A stretch of 64,000 nucleotides of DNA from Antedon mediterranea (lineage: Eukaryota > Animalia > Echinodermata), in contig NC_092672.1 in assembly GCF_964355755.1 (NCBI RefSeq), positions 37,702,437 through 37,766,436 on the forward strand, in the 5' to 3' direction. Within the stretch, counting starts at the first letter, position 1. Each line of letters starts with the position of its first letter. The notes beneath the pieces are model-generated. The model ran no database searches and had not been told where the DNA came from. It saw nothing but the letters and a program-made list of their open reading frames with translations. Shown here in pieces: positions 38,601 to 50,900 of the stretch. The translations under genes were made by a program, and so were the position numbers.

Positions 38601-41600
38601 TGTCGGTTTATCCAGGTAAGCTAGGCACGAAATAGACTATGGATTTACCTGTGATGAGTGAGACTGCGAGTTTTGTATGGAGCCACTATTGTTACCACGT
38701 GGGTTTCGATTTCTGAAAGAAAAAATAAATAAGTTTCTTCATGATGAACAAATATAAATATTCAACAATGGCTTGCCTCACTTTTAATAGTTTGTTTATT
38801 AAAGAAAAGTACAGTAACATCTACAAATTAAAGGCAATGGGCAAGCTCTCTCAACCTGGAGGAAAAAATTACTGAAAAAATTACAATGTGGATCAGCAAC
38901 TGGATCTAAATGGAAATGCATTAAAATAAAGGCTATAATATAAATCAAAACGATAAAGTAAAACGGCCAGAATTAAATTTCAGACCTTTCATTCTTATCT
39001 TAGCTAACTGTATTGTCCTTCTTCAGTGCAAGTTTAGAGTATGGTACATTTATAAGGTAAAATTCTAGATTCAAAAATATTTAGCCGCCTCATGAATGCT
39101 TCAAGTAAAGTATCAAGCCTGCAATGCTGAATATTTTATGATTGTAATCATGATTTATGGACTCTCTCTGATTTTTATTTTCTCATAATTGTAAAAACAT
39201 GATGACAGTACCCATAAAAGTTTAAAATTATATTTGATTATTGAATTTTTAAATCTTCAACAATTCTAGAGTGGGGTTTACTCTTTTTCTTCATGGATTT
39301 TATTTATAAGAACACAAATATTGTACAATTCTTCAACAAAGACATAACATGTATTCAGCCTGCAATAATTTAAAGAAGGCAACAAATAATACACATACTG
39401 CAAACTGTACTGTAGTATAGTATACAGTAGAACACCTTAGGGACACCAAAAAAGTCCCCTTAGTAGTCCCCTGAATAGGGGTTGGTCATACACTCCTCAT
39501 TCATTTCAGGTGAAAGTGTCCCTTAACTGAAGTGTCTAGGGGTTCTTCACATAAATAGGGTACTGTAGGTTTTTATCAGTGCCATTATTAGTGGTCATAA
39601 TAATACATGTTCTGTGTGTCTACTGTATTAATTAGCAGAAATAAAAATTAAGATTATTGGGCCTGGAAGGAATCTACCCAAAAAAATGTAAGCCTGGGCA
39701 AAATATACTAGTTCTTGGATACAACATGCATACAGCATTATATCAAGTCAACTCCAGTTTTTAATGATCAAAAGAAATAGTGAAAACCACAAACGAAAAG
39801 ACATTTAGCGTATTACGATCAGAAAATCAATACAAGTAATTAAAGAGCTTCATAGTGAAGAGAAAACCCATTTAAAATGCTTATTGTCATTATCCAACAA
39901 CCTACTACTATAAACTGTAATAATAGCTAGGAATGTAACTAGACAGAATCAAGGAAATCACTTGGGTAAACACTGACAAATTTCATTTAAAATTTTGTTT
40001 AGCAATATTGCTAATCAAATTGATTTTTAAGTCGAGAAACATACAATGGTTTTGTATTGTATTTTATTTTATGCTACAAAATTGTAGAAAATGTGTAGCA
40101 AGAAGGTTGTTTTGTATAGCTTTTTGCTATGCTACACTGGCGAAATGTGTAGCAATACAGTTGTTTTGTATAGCTTTTTGCTATGCTACACTGGCGAAAT
40201 GTGTAGCAATAAAGTTGTTTTGTATAGCTTTTTGCTATGCTACACTGGCGAAATGTGTAGCAATAAAGTTGTTTTGTATAGCTTTTTGCTATGCTACACT
40301 GGCGAAATGTGTAGCAATAAAGTTGTTTTGTATAGCTTTTTGCTATGCTACACTGGCGAAATGTGTAGCAATACAGTTGTTTTGTATAGCTTTTTGCTAT
40401 GCTACACTGGCGAAATGTGTAGCAATAAAGTTGTTTTGTATAGCTTTTTGCTATGCTACACTGGCGAAATGTGTAGCAATAAAGTTGTTTTGTATAGCTT
40501 TTTGCTATGCTACACTGGCGAAATGTGTAGCAATAAAGTTGTTTTGTATAGCTTTTTGCTATGCTACACTGGCGAAATGTGTAGCAATACAGTTGTTTTG
40601 TATAGCTTTTTGCTATGCTACACTGCCGAAATTATTCCCTGGGTGAATTGTTAAATATAAATGCTATTTAGAGGGTAGGGGTGGGTTGTATTTTTTATTA
40701 AAAACTCCCATCTCTTTCCCCCAGTCTTTTTTGACTAAAGCATGCCTGATGGCACTTAAGCACTTGGTGTGTGCATAACAAATGTTATTATATAATATAG
40801 TATTCAGCAGAATTTCTTTTTTTTTTCAATATTGAATACAATTACAATTAATACATCTCCATTTTTTACACAATATAACCTCTATTAGTATTAAGGGGAC
40901 TCCTTCAGAACCCAGCATAGTGTTCTCTTAATAGGGGCCAATATACATGTTTGTTAAACTGAAAATGCCTCTTTAAATAGGGTTTTCCGATGAATATTGT
41001 GTCCCAAAAAAACTGTAATATATACTGTAGTGACAGTACAGTAGTATAAAATAGTATGCACTTGATATCAAAATATACTACAATGGATACACAAGACTAT
41101 TGCATCCCTGAGATAACCACTGCACCGCAAAGACCTAATAACTTGTCGCATATTTAATGAACTACTGTACAGTAGCATCAGTGGATTTTACTGTACAGCA
41201 TGATTTACTATTTACTAGATTTACTATTGTAACATGTTGTTTTTGTACATTATATTCTTAACACAGTTAACAGTGGAGTGCAATACAATTACAATTCACA
41301 CACACTCTATGCTATCTCAAACAGTATTGATCTATGATAGAAACAAAGTGATTTTAAATGTTCAGTACAAAAGTACTGTACATCATATTATACAGTGTAG
41401 TTATTATGTTTGCGCAACTCAACTTTAAAGTAACTTATATCAATGTCTAATAATATTATTATTAATTAAAATAAGTATTGTTCATTTGTAGCACTTTTTT
41501 ATATACTGTAATACCGTACTTGAATAAATGCCTCAAGGCCATGCTATAGTTTGTAATTATCATATCCCTCACTGTATCTTCAAATAACTTATAATTATAA

Positions 41601-43200
41601 TGCTACACAGTATACTACAGAGTATGGAACAGACTAGCTAAATATTAACATTCATGAGTATAGCTGCACATTGTACACTGTTTAAAAGGGTGTGGCATGT
41701 CTAGTGTTTATATGCAGGGGTACAGTACTTATTTTTAGCATGGTACTTAGATTCACCTATACGGGAACGTTACTGTATATATGTATTACTGTACAGTAAT
41801 AGTATTTTATATTAATATTTATAGTATCTGTTGTAAAAATGCACAATATTACTTGTTCTTCAGGATAAAGTGCATTGTGTGTCTAATGCAATAATATTTT
41901 GTACGCAACAATAAGCCTGAATCACTCTTTAACCTTTTGATTTGTTTTCACTTGCTATGCAATAATGGTCAATCATTTGTGTGTATTATTTACAAACAAG
42001 ATGTCTAGAAGTCAAGCTATGTGAATAATTGGTATTTAGTTAATTACATCAACCAAGTAACCTTGATGAAGAGAGACAATAACAATTCAAAAAATATTGA
42101 AATTTAAAGAATTATTGTAGACAACTGTAGCCTAAACAAAGTTAAGTGCACTTTGATATTATGGATTAAGAATTAAATGTCAATGAACTTAACAGAAAAA
42201 AAATTATAACAGTAGGAAATATTTTCATATTTCAGTCAATTTTTAATCCAAATTTTCACTTTCTATATTTTGAGAGCATACTGTGTTTTCTCACACTTTC
42301 TCTTTTCTGAATATAAATCTGTATTTCTTTATTATTAAAAAAAAATCCTTACAATAAATGTTTAGTATTTGATGTTTATTTATTAATTTACAATTTACAT
42401 TAATCATAAATAAGCAACTAACTAATGTTTTTGTGCTGTGAAATAAAACATAGACATTGCACGTTACTTAAACAACAAAGATTCCGCACCCCCCATCAAC
42501 CTCCACAACGCATGTCCCCAACCCTGAAAACAAATTTTTTTGGCCGATTGGGTCCAAACTTTCCTGGGTTGAAACGGCCATACTTCATTGGCATACTCCC
42601 CAAAAAGTTGACTTTTTACCAATAAGCATCTATACTTAATTTGTGTAGGCTAGGTCACAGGTGATGATGGCAAATGACAGGTCTATTATTATTATTAGTA
42701 TTAATAATAATAATTATATATTACAAGGATCAGGTAGATAGAGGACATTAATTAAAGCTAGGCCTAGTTTTTTTGCGTTTTACTTTATATATCCCACCAT
42801 CATATAGGCCTAGAGGTATTATAGGTATGTCTCTATAAACAACAAAGTGACCACCATGGATCCACCATGACTTACAACATGCACCAACAACACTGTAGTA
42901 GGCAAACCCAATCGATCCTCTTTCCATCAACAAATTGCTAAATAAAATTTAGAGTGATTTTCTTTCTTTTGTTAGGCTGAATGAGTGTAAACAAATGTTA
43001 TAATTAGTCAATAGCGGGAATTTAATCAATTGTATTGTGTTTACAGACAAATAAGAGTACACTTTGGGTGTTTTTAACCCAATTTATGTTAGGCTAGAAC
43101 GGCTCCGGTTAGAACTACGTTTATCTGAAAACTGATAGGGTACAAACCTTCCACTGCCTCTCCCCAATTTTCGCTTGTTATGTGGTGGTTGCGTACTCAT
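20617..43200 (-). CDS. ATXN2: Ataxin-2, about 976 aa. 18 exons: 43148-43200, 38649-38712, 37514-37570, 36830-36901, 31655-31805, 30262-30398, 29306-29394, 28513-28761, 26855-27153, 26575-26724, 26026-26069, 25560-25909, 25126-25192, 24670-24865, 22534-22745, 21910-22006, 20941-21534, 20617-20666
   Basis: LSm domain GVYSNAHF...VQVQVISDKKYEGIFST; LsmAD NGWSVEDMFKANEKQFGYESSYD...ERANRLAAEIEGS...EEDKFSAVQR; KYVPPHLR; PAM2 LNPNAKEF; Q/P/H-rich C-terminus. Exon phases join (2931 nt). Confidence 0.92.
22015..22285. repeat. About 85-bp tandem repeat, 3 copies
   Basis: catagtcggaaatctactccatttacagaatcggact recurs three times. Confidence 0.9.
22815..24417. mobile_element. Non-autonomous DNA transposon, Kolobok-like (1.6 kb)
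   Basis: TTAA on both flanks; TIRs agggggattcggggtttaaaat / attttaaacccggaacccccct; AGG termini argue against piggyBac (CCC termini). Confidence 0.75.
26290..26531. mobile_element. MITE family A with an expanded internal 42-bp (2x21) array
   Basis: Family A TIRs, TAA flanks, four repeats of gtgatgtgcccatatatagtagtgatatgcctaattatggta. Confidence 0.8.
27925..28106. mobile_element. MITE family B (Harbinger-like)
   Basis: TIRs agggtctttcacacctgttcc / ggaacaggtgtgaacgaccct, TTA flanks; second copy at 31884-32063. Confidence 0.8.
28195..28470 (+). mobile_element. Degenerate tRNA-derived SINE with CORE-like middle and L2-like tail
   Basis: ggcaagatactttac...ctctccacacaggtctataaaattggtacccgg, then ggcgctatataaat...(tat)n tail. 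Confidence 0.55.
28820..28943. mobile_element. MITE family A
   Basis: Degenerate family A termini and internal atatcactaccatatttgggc. Confidence 0.75.
29195..29236 (-). ncRNA. Degenerate minimal hammerhead-ribozyme-like motif (Penelope-type)
   Basis: Minus strand TGTTC-TTGAGAA-T-AGTTCCATGATGGTTAC-GAAACGTT-GACA; homologous to 43861-43901. Confidence 0.45.
29452..29587. mobile_element. MITE family C
   Basis: ttggttccaactagagatacaatgca ... tgcattgcatctctagttggaatcaa inverted termini. Confidence 0.65.
29640..29924 (-). mobile_element. 3' fragment of a LINE
   Basis: RT C-terminal remnant LNPSGRLRLLSVKTNRYAKSFIP followed by a (taaga)n tail on the plus strand. Confidence 0.65.
29925..30168 (-). 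mobile_element. tRNA-derived SINE (family D)
   Basis: A box TGGCTTGGTGG, B box GGTTCAAGTCC, 3' end ttactcgctgttggatgagtatgaaataaat; related copies at 48750-49105, 51000-51120 and 52291-52395. Confidence 0.75.
30748..30967. mobile_element. Tc1/pogo(Tigger)-like MITE
   Basis: TA flanks; TIRs cagtcaactctcccaataccggac / gtccggtattgggagagttgactg. Confidence 0.85.
31468..31627. mobile_element. Second, degenerate copy of the Tigger-like MITE
   Basis: cagtcaactctcccaatacc ... tattggtagagttgactg. Confidence 0.7.
31884..32063. mobile_element. MITE family B
   Basis: Homologous to 27925-28106. Confidence 0.8.
32867..33213 (+). mobile_element. 5S rRNA-derived SINE (SINE3-like)
   Basis: 32867-32977 is a diverged 5S rRNA (gggcctggttagagattggatgggagacc...gggtgctgta), followed by about 220 bp of body and an (aataa)n tail. 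Confidence 0.75.
33718..33875. mobile_element. MITE family A
   Basis: Family A internal sequence and right terminus tagtgtagacagagc. Confidence 0.75.
34288..36550. mobile_element. Non-autonomous hAT-like DNA transposon (2.26 kb)
   Basis: Perfect 16-bp TIRs cagggctgcaaattaa / ttaatttgcagccctg; tattag directly repeated on both flanks; no transposase ORF. Confidence 0.8.
39425..39566. mobile_element. Degenerate Tigger-like MITE
   Basis: ta|cagtagaacacc ... ggggtactg|ta termini with internal gggacac/gtgtccc repeats. Confidence 0.5.
40085..40630. repeat. 54-bp tandem repeat, about 10 near-identical copies
   Basis: Unit gaaatgtgtagcaataaagttgttttgtatagctttttgctatgctacactggc. Confidence 0.96.
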
Positions 43201-43860
43201 GCTTCGGATCGCCGGTAGCTACTTCTCAGAAGCACTGGCCTTGCAAATTCAGTTTATTTGTAAATTAAAATAATCAACAACGCATATCGATAACGATACT
43301 TGTATTAATATTCACAACTGCTTTTCACCACCGGAGAATGACTTCAAAGGCAATGTTTTTGATCAATCGACAATGCTTTGGCCTTCGACGTGAGACCAAA
43401 AGATATGCTAAAGGCCAATGGCGGAACGATATAGGATATTCGTTATGAATCACACAGTGGGGTCAAACTATGTCAATGCATTTTATGTCGATCTTAGTAC
43501 AAATAAAACAATTTATTGTATTGAATTTTTTTGTTATTATACGCAATTGATATCAACCGTAACTTCACAGTTGCTCGGTGTAGCCTTGCTTAATGTGAAA
43601 ACTTTGATCTATTTTATCTTATATCAAGTGTGTAGTAAGTGACGTGGCGTACCGTACATACATTTTCACTAAAAAATTGAGATGCAGCCTGCGCGCATTT
43701 TGATGAAGAATTGGAAAACGACGAAAAGTCATGTTTTTTATTTCTTGGAAAATATGAAAGCGCCCTCACTCCAAATTATACGCGCGAAAATATCATGCAT
43801 AATTACGTCATTAATTTAATAATTTTCAATTACAATATAAAATTTAATGACAAAAAGAGA

Positions 43861-43901
43861 GATCGACGTTTCGGTACCATCATAGAACCATTTTCAAGAT
43901 C
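43861..43901 (-). ncRNA. Minimal type I hammerhead-ribozyme-like motif, probably in the 3' repeat of the Penelope element
   Basis: Minus strand GATC-TTGAAAA-T-GGT(TCTATGATGGT)ACC-GAAACGTC-GATC: U3-A8 core variant, palindromic ACGT stem III, GUC cleavage triplet. Confidence 0.6.
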
Positions 43902-43964
43902 AAGTGAATACAAAACAATAATAATTATGTGCACTAAGCACCAAAGTTGGTGACAGGAAATGCA

Positions 43965-45080
43965 ATTAATAATAATTTATTTGGAGATTACACTTTTACA
44001 ACAGTGGCACTCGACCAAATGGAAGGTGCATCCAAAAGAAATGTAAAAAAAAAAAAAGCATGATATAGAAAGTAACAATTACAATAAAAAGTCGACGTAG
44101 GTCAATGTCAAAACAATTCAACTACAGAAACTACAATACCATTGATAATTAACACCAGCAGGAAACCCACTGACACCTAAAAATACAAAATTACAAGAAA
44201 TAATAGAATTGGTAGGAACTGTACAATATAAAATGAATTGCGGGCAACAACAATGTAGACCTAACACTATAATGAGATAGATATCAATCATTTAGTTGAT
44301 TGATATGAACATTACTCGCCTAGAACATTACATCTGTGTGCCCATGCTCTTTTAACATAGTGCTTACAGTAACAATCAAAGACATTTGATATGGAATCGA
44401 CGTCATACATATAATGATAGTAATTATCAGTTCCACCTAATACAAGATTTAATTTGGTGTTCAGGTCACCAGAGATACAATTTTCCCATACATCTAAATG
44501 ATTGATATCGATTAACATATATTCTAATTTGGTATATTCTTCAATCCTTATGCCATTGAGTTGGTTACATGTGAATAGAAAATGTTGAATGTCTTCTAAA
44601 CCATTCTTACACATTTTACAGATACCATCATATTCAGGAAGCCACTTACAACTCCTGCCTAAAGGAAGGGTGTTAGAACGTAGTTTGAATTTGAGGCTAG
44701 ATCCTAGAAAGTCTACAATCCAATAAATATTTTTCAAGGCACGGATTAGACTTAATAAGAGAGTATGTCTGGAGTGACGATTTTCTTAGCATTTCACTTT
44801 TCCAAAGTGCAATGTTTGTGTCATGCATCAACTCTTTAAATCTCTTAACCCAATGACTATCAGGGTCATTGCCAAGGTAGGAAGTTCCGAAAATTGAGTC
44901 GATGTCCATATTAATAGACGCACACGTCTTAGCAAAACTGGGAATTAGTTTATAGAGTGGTTCTACATTTGTAGTTGAACTTAGACACGTATTAAGCATA
45001 AAGTTAGGCCAACGGTGTTTATCCATGTTCATTAGGCCTACATAATTAATAAATTTGGCTCTAGATATATCTTGAATAAT
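43965..45080 (-). mobile_element. 5'-truncated, frameshifted non-LTR retrotransposon 3' end with a C-terminal CCHC motif (RTEX/L1-like)
   Basis: ORFs 44697-45032 and 44312-44737: LKFKLRSNTLPL...CKMC...EDIQHFLFTC; AT-rich tail at about 43965-43985. Confidence 0.7.
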
Positions 45081-45116
45081 TGAGGGCTAATTAAGTAATT
45101 AGCTCCTCCTACTGAG

Positions 45117-46250
45117 TTAGATAAACAAATTAGCTTTGATGGAATCCGATTGTTTATTGAGTGTAGGTTTTATCTCTTTGATCCACAACATCTCCTTAAT
45201 TAGGCAATCAAACTTATTGTTACATTTAGATAAGACTCTAAAGTATTCTGAGATATCACCAGTTATGCCATGTTTTTAATACTTTTGTTATGTTCATTAA
45301 TGTGGTTGTAAAGGTGTCGGCAAGTGTAACACAAACCGCATTGAAATTTGTACACACCGCATTGTGAATTAATGATTCTGGGTTTCATTTCTTTAGGTTT
45401 TAAGGTATCTTACGACTAGTAAATACTGGTAAAATATCATTTTCAATCTTCGCACTAAGTTGTTTAAGTTGTTTAGTAACCGTGTTCCAACAAGTTTGAT
45501 CCTTGTGCGGTAGTAAAATCCTAATAGGCTGGGGAGATTCATCAGTTAGCATATCTTTATTAGACTAGGAGTCACACAAGTATTAATGGATTGGTTGAAA
45601 GCCTTAACAATATTACTAATAAGATCTAAAGGATAATTCAACTTTTGAAAAATCTTTGTTTACATTATCAACCTCTGATAGGAAAATGTCATGCGTAGAT
45701 GACAATTTGTAGGCCCTATTAAGCATTGTGTGAATTAGATTACGTTTATGTTTGATATCCACATGGCTATCATAATGTAATAATAAGCCTTTATTGGTGG
45801 ATTTCTTATATACTTTGGTTTCAAGAGATACATCGTTTTTTGAGATAGTCATACCTAAAAAATGTATTGAGTTATCTCTAGAAATTTCCATTGTAAAATC
45901 AACGGCATCGTTTGAATTGTTCAAAGTGTTCAAAAAATTCTGTGTTGAAACCTGGTTTGGCATGAATACGATTGTGTCATCAACGTAACGAAGATAGAAC
46001 TGCGGCATTTTCCCTGTTGCTTGTAAGGTATCTTCAATGTAACACATGAAAACATTTGCCATCAGTGGTCCAAGCGGTGAACCCATGGCTACGCCATCAA
46101 CCTGCTCGTATAGATCACCATCATATTGGAAAAGTTGATTTTTGGTCGCAATTGTAAGTAGGTCCTTAAGACCTTGTTTATCGATAGATAAACCGTGTTC
46201 AATGTTAAACCAGTCATCTTTAAAGGCCTTATGAACAAGAATGTTCAATT
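45117..46250 (-). mobile_element. Decayed Penelope-like retroelement (RT plus GIY-YIG endonuclease remnant)
   Basis: YEQVDGVAMGSPLGPLMANVFM, YLRYVDDT, FLGMTI, VYKKSTNKGLLLHYDSH; downstream VYKFQC...FRVLSKCNNKFDCLIKEMLWIKEIKPTLNKQSDSIKANLFI*. Confidence 0.9.
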
Positions 46251-46499
46251 AGAAAATATGATTGATATGGGGTAGCACATTCTTATTTAAAACTTCTAGT
46301 TACATAAAAAATGTGTGTCAGGTGTATGACTTTTTCTAACTTTGGAACACATTCATTGCCTTTATTTCATTTACTTAAAATATTAGATATAAACAAACTT
46401 TATACTGTATGTACTGTACTCTAATAAACAAAACCATATCAGTTCAATAGATAATATCTGATGGATTAACAATATATAAAACATTGTAAATTATAGATT

Positions 46500-46760
46500 A
46501 TTCTTTTATATACTTAAATAAAAGTAATTCTTTAAGTTGTTTAGAGAAAGCAAATCTAGATGTAATTGTTCGTAATTTTCTAAAGGTAAATTATTCCAAA
46601 TAACAGCACCAGAAAAAGAGATTCTAAATCGTCCACAATTAATACGACAATGGGAAATGGCTAAATTAAAATAATGATTAATTCTTGTATTATATGCATG
46701 ATCGGTAGTTTCAAAATAATCTGTGAGGTAATCTATTATTAAATTTAGAAACACATACAT
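46500..46760 (-). mobile_element. LINE RT C-terminal remnant (L2/Crack-like)
   Basis: HAYNTR...FRISFSGAVIWNNLP motif. Confidence 0.6.
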
Positions 46761-47526
46761 TATGTTATGTTATGTTATGTTATGTTATTTATTTATTATT
46801 CAAAATTTTGTTTTTGTTTTTGACGTTATCAAATTGTTTTATTTATTCTTTAAGTTCTGTTATTTATTTGTTAATTTCGTAGCTTAAGTTAGTTAAGATT
46901 TAAAAGGTACCAAGCTTGATTAGCTCCGGCTATATCTTGGTTACCTTTTGTATTTATTGTTTGATACAATAAAAGAAAGAAGAAGAAGATAACTAATATA
47001 TAATGAAACTACTTAGGCCCTAGGTGGGAATAATACGGCAACTATATTTTTACCAATAAATACATGCATTGTAGTAATTAGATAGGCCTTCTATAGTTTT
47101 TCTAACCATTACTGTATAACCAATTTATACGGCCAAATTACATAACATTTTGTTAATAAATTTTGTATAATTATCTTGATTCTCATTTAATAATTATTTA
47201 TTTGATAAAATTACTAAATCTTTAACTGACTATAATTAATTGGATAAATATTTATGGAATTAGAAACGATGTGTTCTAAATTAGATCAATGCTGCTGCTG
47301 TTTTTAAATATTAATTTTTTTGTGCCTTGTGACACAACTTTGTTGTTGGCATTATTTAAAAAAATGTATAACATTTATTTATTGTTTGGATTGCCTGTTT
47401 TTTTGCCTTTTAAAAACCTGAAAAAAAAGTGAAGTTTCCAATAAATCATTATTTTTACTTTTATTATTAGAGATTATTAATAATGCTCAAAAAATATTAT
47501 TAAATAAAAAAAGATAGAAAAATAAG

Positions 47527-47598
47527 TTCCCACACCGGGAATCGAACCCGGGCCGCGGCGGTGAGAGCGCCGAATCCTAACCACTAGACCATATGGGA
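47527..47598 (-). tRNA. tRNA-Glu(CTC): tRNA-Glu (anticodon CTC)
   Basis: TCCCATATGGTCTAGTGGTTAGGATTCGGCGCTCTCACCGCCGCGGCCCGGGTTCGATTCCCGGTGTGGGAA: intact cloverleaf, anticodon arm CGGCG-CT-CTC-AC-CGCCG, downstream T-run terminator. Confidence 0.97.
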
Positions 47599-47987
47599 CT
47601 TGCTTAGGAAAAGAAAAATTAACCTATAAGACCTTTCACGTACACAATTCTGACAAAAACCTACTGAATATAGTTGATTTTAAATCAGTGTTTTTTAAAA
47701 TGCATAATTGTATTATATCCTTTATATATTGCTCTATATAATTATATTTTAGCAAAAATGTGACAAATTGAAAAAAGTAGAGGGCGTTTGATGTTAATTA
47801 ACATCTATTAAAACGCGTTACATTATTTGCTGACGCATTTCTGTTGTTACACAAAAGAGGTCATCCTGGCTGGAAGATCAAAACAATCAAGATTTATGAA
47901 GTCAAATCAGAACATAAATATGTAGGATTTAGGGTAATATTAACCCCTCTGATCTGATTTTTTTGCAGATTAAACTATATTAGAATA

Positions 47988-50900
47988 ATGGCTACATCTA
48001 GTAGCGTTAATGATAACACACAGTGGCTATCTATAAGTGAAGAAACACTATTTTTGCACAATGGTTTACTACGAATTCTTGACCTGGTCGAGCTTCCGCA
48101 GCAGGCTACTGATAATTCTGATAGCCAAGGCACCGAAGCGAACGAGAATGATGTTGTGTCATTTGATTCCAAAGATCCAAAAGAGCTTACCGAAAGGCTT
48201 CTAGCTGTTTGTGGTACTAATAACAATGTATTCGCATACTCTAGACTGCTTGATTACAGGCGCAATGCATTAAAAGGATTGTGGAATGCGCAACGACAAC
48301 TCGCTGCTACGTCGGAGAAAGCAGTTGAAAAAGAAGCAGCGAGCCAAGAGGAAACATTTAATCTGCTTAGAAAGCAAGGGTTGTGGCAACAAGGTGATAC
48401 TGTCAGCTTTTCCAGCAGGGTTAGTCTTCTACTCGTCTTTCCTCTCCTGAAATCTCAGAGTGTCGTCGATCCAGCTTTGATCGGAACAACAACAAAACTA
48501 CTCCTCAATTGTCTGCAAGACTGCCCTCCGTTGAGTCTAACGAAAGAACCGACAGATTGTCTTAATGGCTTGGAGAATCTCTTGTGCACTTGGCTCGGAG
48601 AACATTCTGAAGTTGAATCATTGCGTACGATTACAGATATTGAACAAAAAGAAAGTGCCGCTGCAGCACTTACAGCTCTAGCTTGTGCAAGGTGTGTTTA
48701 ATTTTAAATTTATTGCCGTAAATATAATTTTCATGGTATATTTTATAAGTAGTGGAGCTGTAGCTGGTTAACGTGCTTGTCTTCCAATCCCAGGGCCCAG
48801 GGTTCAATCCTAACCTACAGTGTAGTGCCAGTGTTGTAACTCACGACTCCTTCACCTCTACTCCTAAAGCCTAAAATGAGACTTTATAAGCATGATTTTA
48901 ATTTTTTTAATTTTTAGAGGATAAAAAATAAAATTAATAATAATAAAATAGATATTGCACCTGTTTTACATATGGTCAAGTATTTTGAACAATAGATTAA
49001 AAACATTCATAAAATTATTTTAAAAAAAAGTTACATTCATTTATAAAATAGTTTATCCATGTAATTAGCAAGTTACTCGCTGTTGGATGCGTATGAAATA
49101 AATGGAAAAAAACACATTTTTGTTTGTAGCATTACAAATATTTAATCAATGTTTCATTTGCTATTTTCAATAGAGGATCTATAAAAACCCTGATTCACAC
49201 GGTACACCTTCTACAAAAGCTGTCCAATGAAATCAAATCGTTACCGGTTGCAAAGATTCTTTACAAGTTACTACAGCTGGCAGGAGGACCAGGATGTCCG
49301 TCTTCTCTGTTGGGTACAAAGCATATTTTGTGTTGGGGATTTGAAGATATGTTGAGTATTACAGAAAGAGGCAGTGACCAGGATAAAGATAAAGGTATGA
49401 GGCATGATGTTAATTGTCTCAGGATTATAATGAATGGAAATACCATGAAAGGATAACAACAAGGATATCCAGCTGCCATTCGGGTACTGAATACTTGTCA
49501 GTATTCCGTACGAGAGTGATGTGACACTTTTTTTATTGTTTTTGTTATTTTTTTATTTATCTGTTTTTGTATATCAAACATAATTTCTATGTATAAGTTA
49601 AAATGCAAATGGCAATAAATGGAAGTAATTTTCCACTAATGAATGAATGTATAATCTATCATTCACAGACTCAACCTTCATGCAGATTATATTTTTACCG
49701 TTTACTTTAAATACTTTTATTTTACAGAGAATGAGTTTGGTAGAAGTGTTGGAAGTGATGGTAATTTCTTATACGTGACCGGATCATGCGGACGCGGTAT
49801 TGCCAAGATCGGTACCGGCCTCCATGGTACTCTAAGGGGATATGTGTACACTACGAACCTGGAAGTAGACTCAGGATGGGTGGCTTATGGCGATGGTTAT
49901 CTTGTTCATAGGCCTACCTCATTTGATGGAAAGAGTGGAATACTGTTTACAATGGTAGATATGAATACATTAAAGGTAAAGGTCAAAGTAACTCTCTTGC
50001 CTCCAATTATATTAGTCCAAATATCATTTTGTTAGTAGTGAGTGGCCGAGCGGTTAAGACAGTGGAACCGTAATCCAGCCATAAAATCGGCAAGGGTTCA
50101 ATGCTCACTTGCTCCAAGGTTCTGGTGGTAGAACAGGTCTTCTCGGATAAGGACTATAAACTGTGAACACATCTAGCTCATATGCACTTTAAAGAACCTA
50201 ATACATATTTCAAGATGAGTGGGGGATTACCCTGGTATACTAGTTCACACTCAGCCACTGTGTTGTGGACAGATGAGAGAGCGCCTTAACGTGGCTGCAC
50301 TGACATGACGTGACCCGTAGGGGAGAAGCACGTAGTTGAAATGTGTGAGTCCACAGTGCATTGAGACCATTTGTATTATGCCCTATACAAATTTAACACC
50401 ATTAACCATTTTAATTAGTTAAACAACGAAATCCATAATGTCGTTAATACAGTCATAAATATTCATCTATCCAGGTAATAGCATATGAAATAAAGTTTAA
50501 ACTTATATTGTTTAAAATTTACTTTATTTCCATTTAAAATTAAAAAAAATATTGTCAAATTTTTAAGAAATGATGAACAAAATGCATAAAAATGTGTTGC
50601 ACTACCTTTATACAAAAAAATTGATAATTTTTAGGTCTACATTTATAGGATGAAAAATATATTTTTTATTGAGTTTACATTAATGGCAAAAATTCAGAAT
50701 TGATTTGTAATTTTTCTTCTTAAGATGAAAGAAGTGGTAACATTTGAACAGACTTGTGAGATTGCTCTGACTGTATCCCTTTGTAGTGATGGTCTGTACT
50801 TCTATTGGATATGGTGTCCAGCTAGTGTCGTAGACAAGAATGGCAAAGGTCAAAATGTTTACTTGGAAGTGTTCAAAATACAGGTATTTAGTAACTGTAT

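Noticed and set aside
1680-40630. Tandem arrays (1680, 14135/16159, 19030, 40085) as CRISPR arrays
   Set aside because: Units are contiguous with no unique spacers, there are no cas genes, and the context is eukaryotic.
43148-43200. SCA2-type N-terminal polyglutamine tract in ataxin-2
   Set aside because: No CAG run in exon 1; only short Q runs in the C-terminal region.
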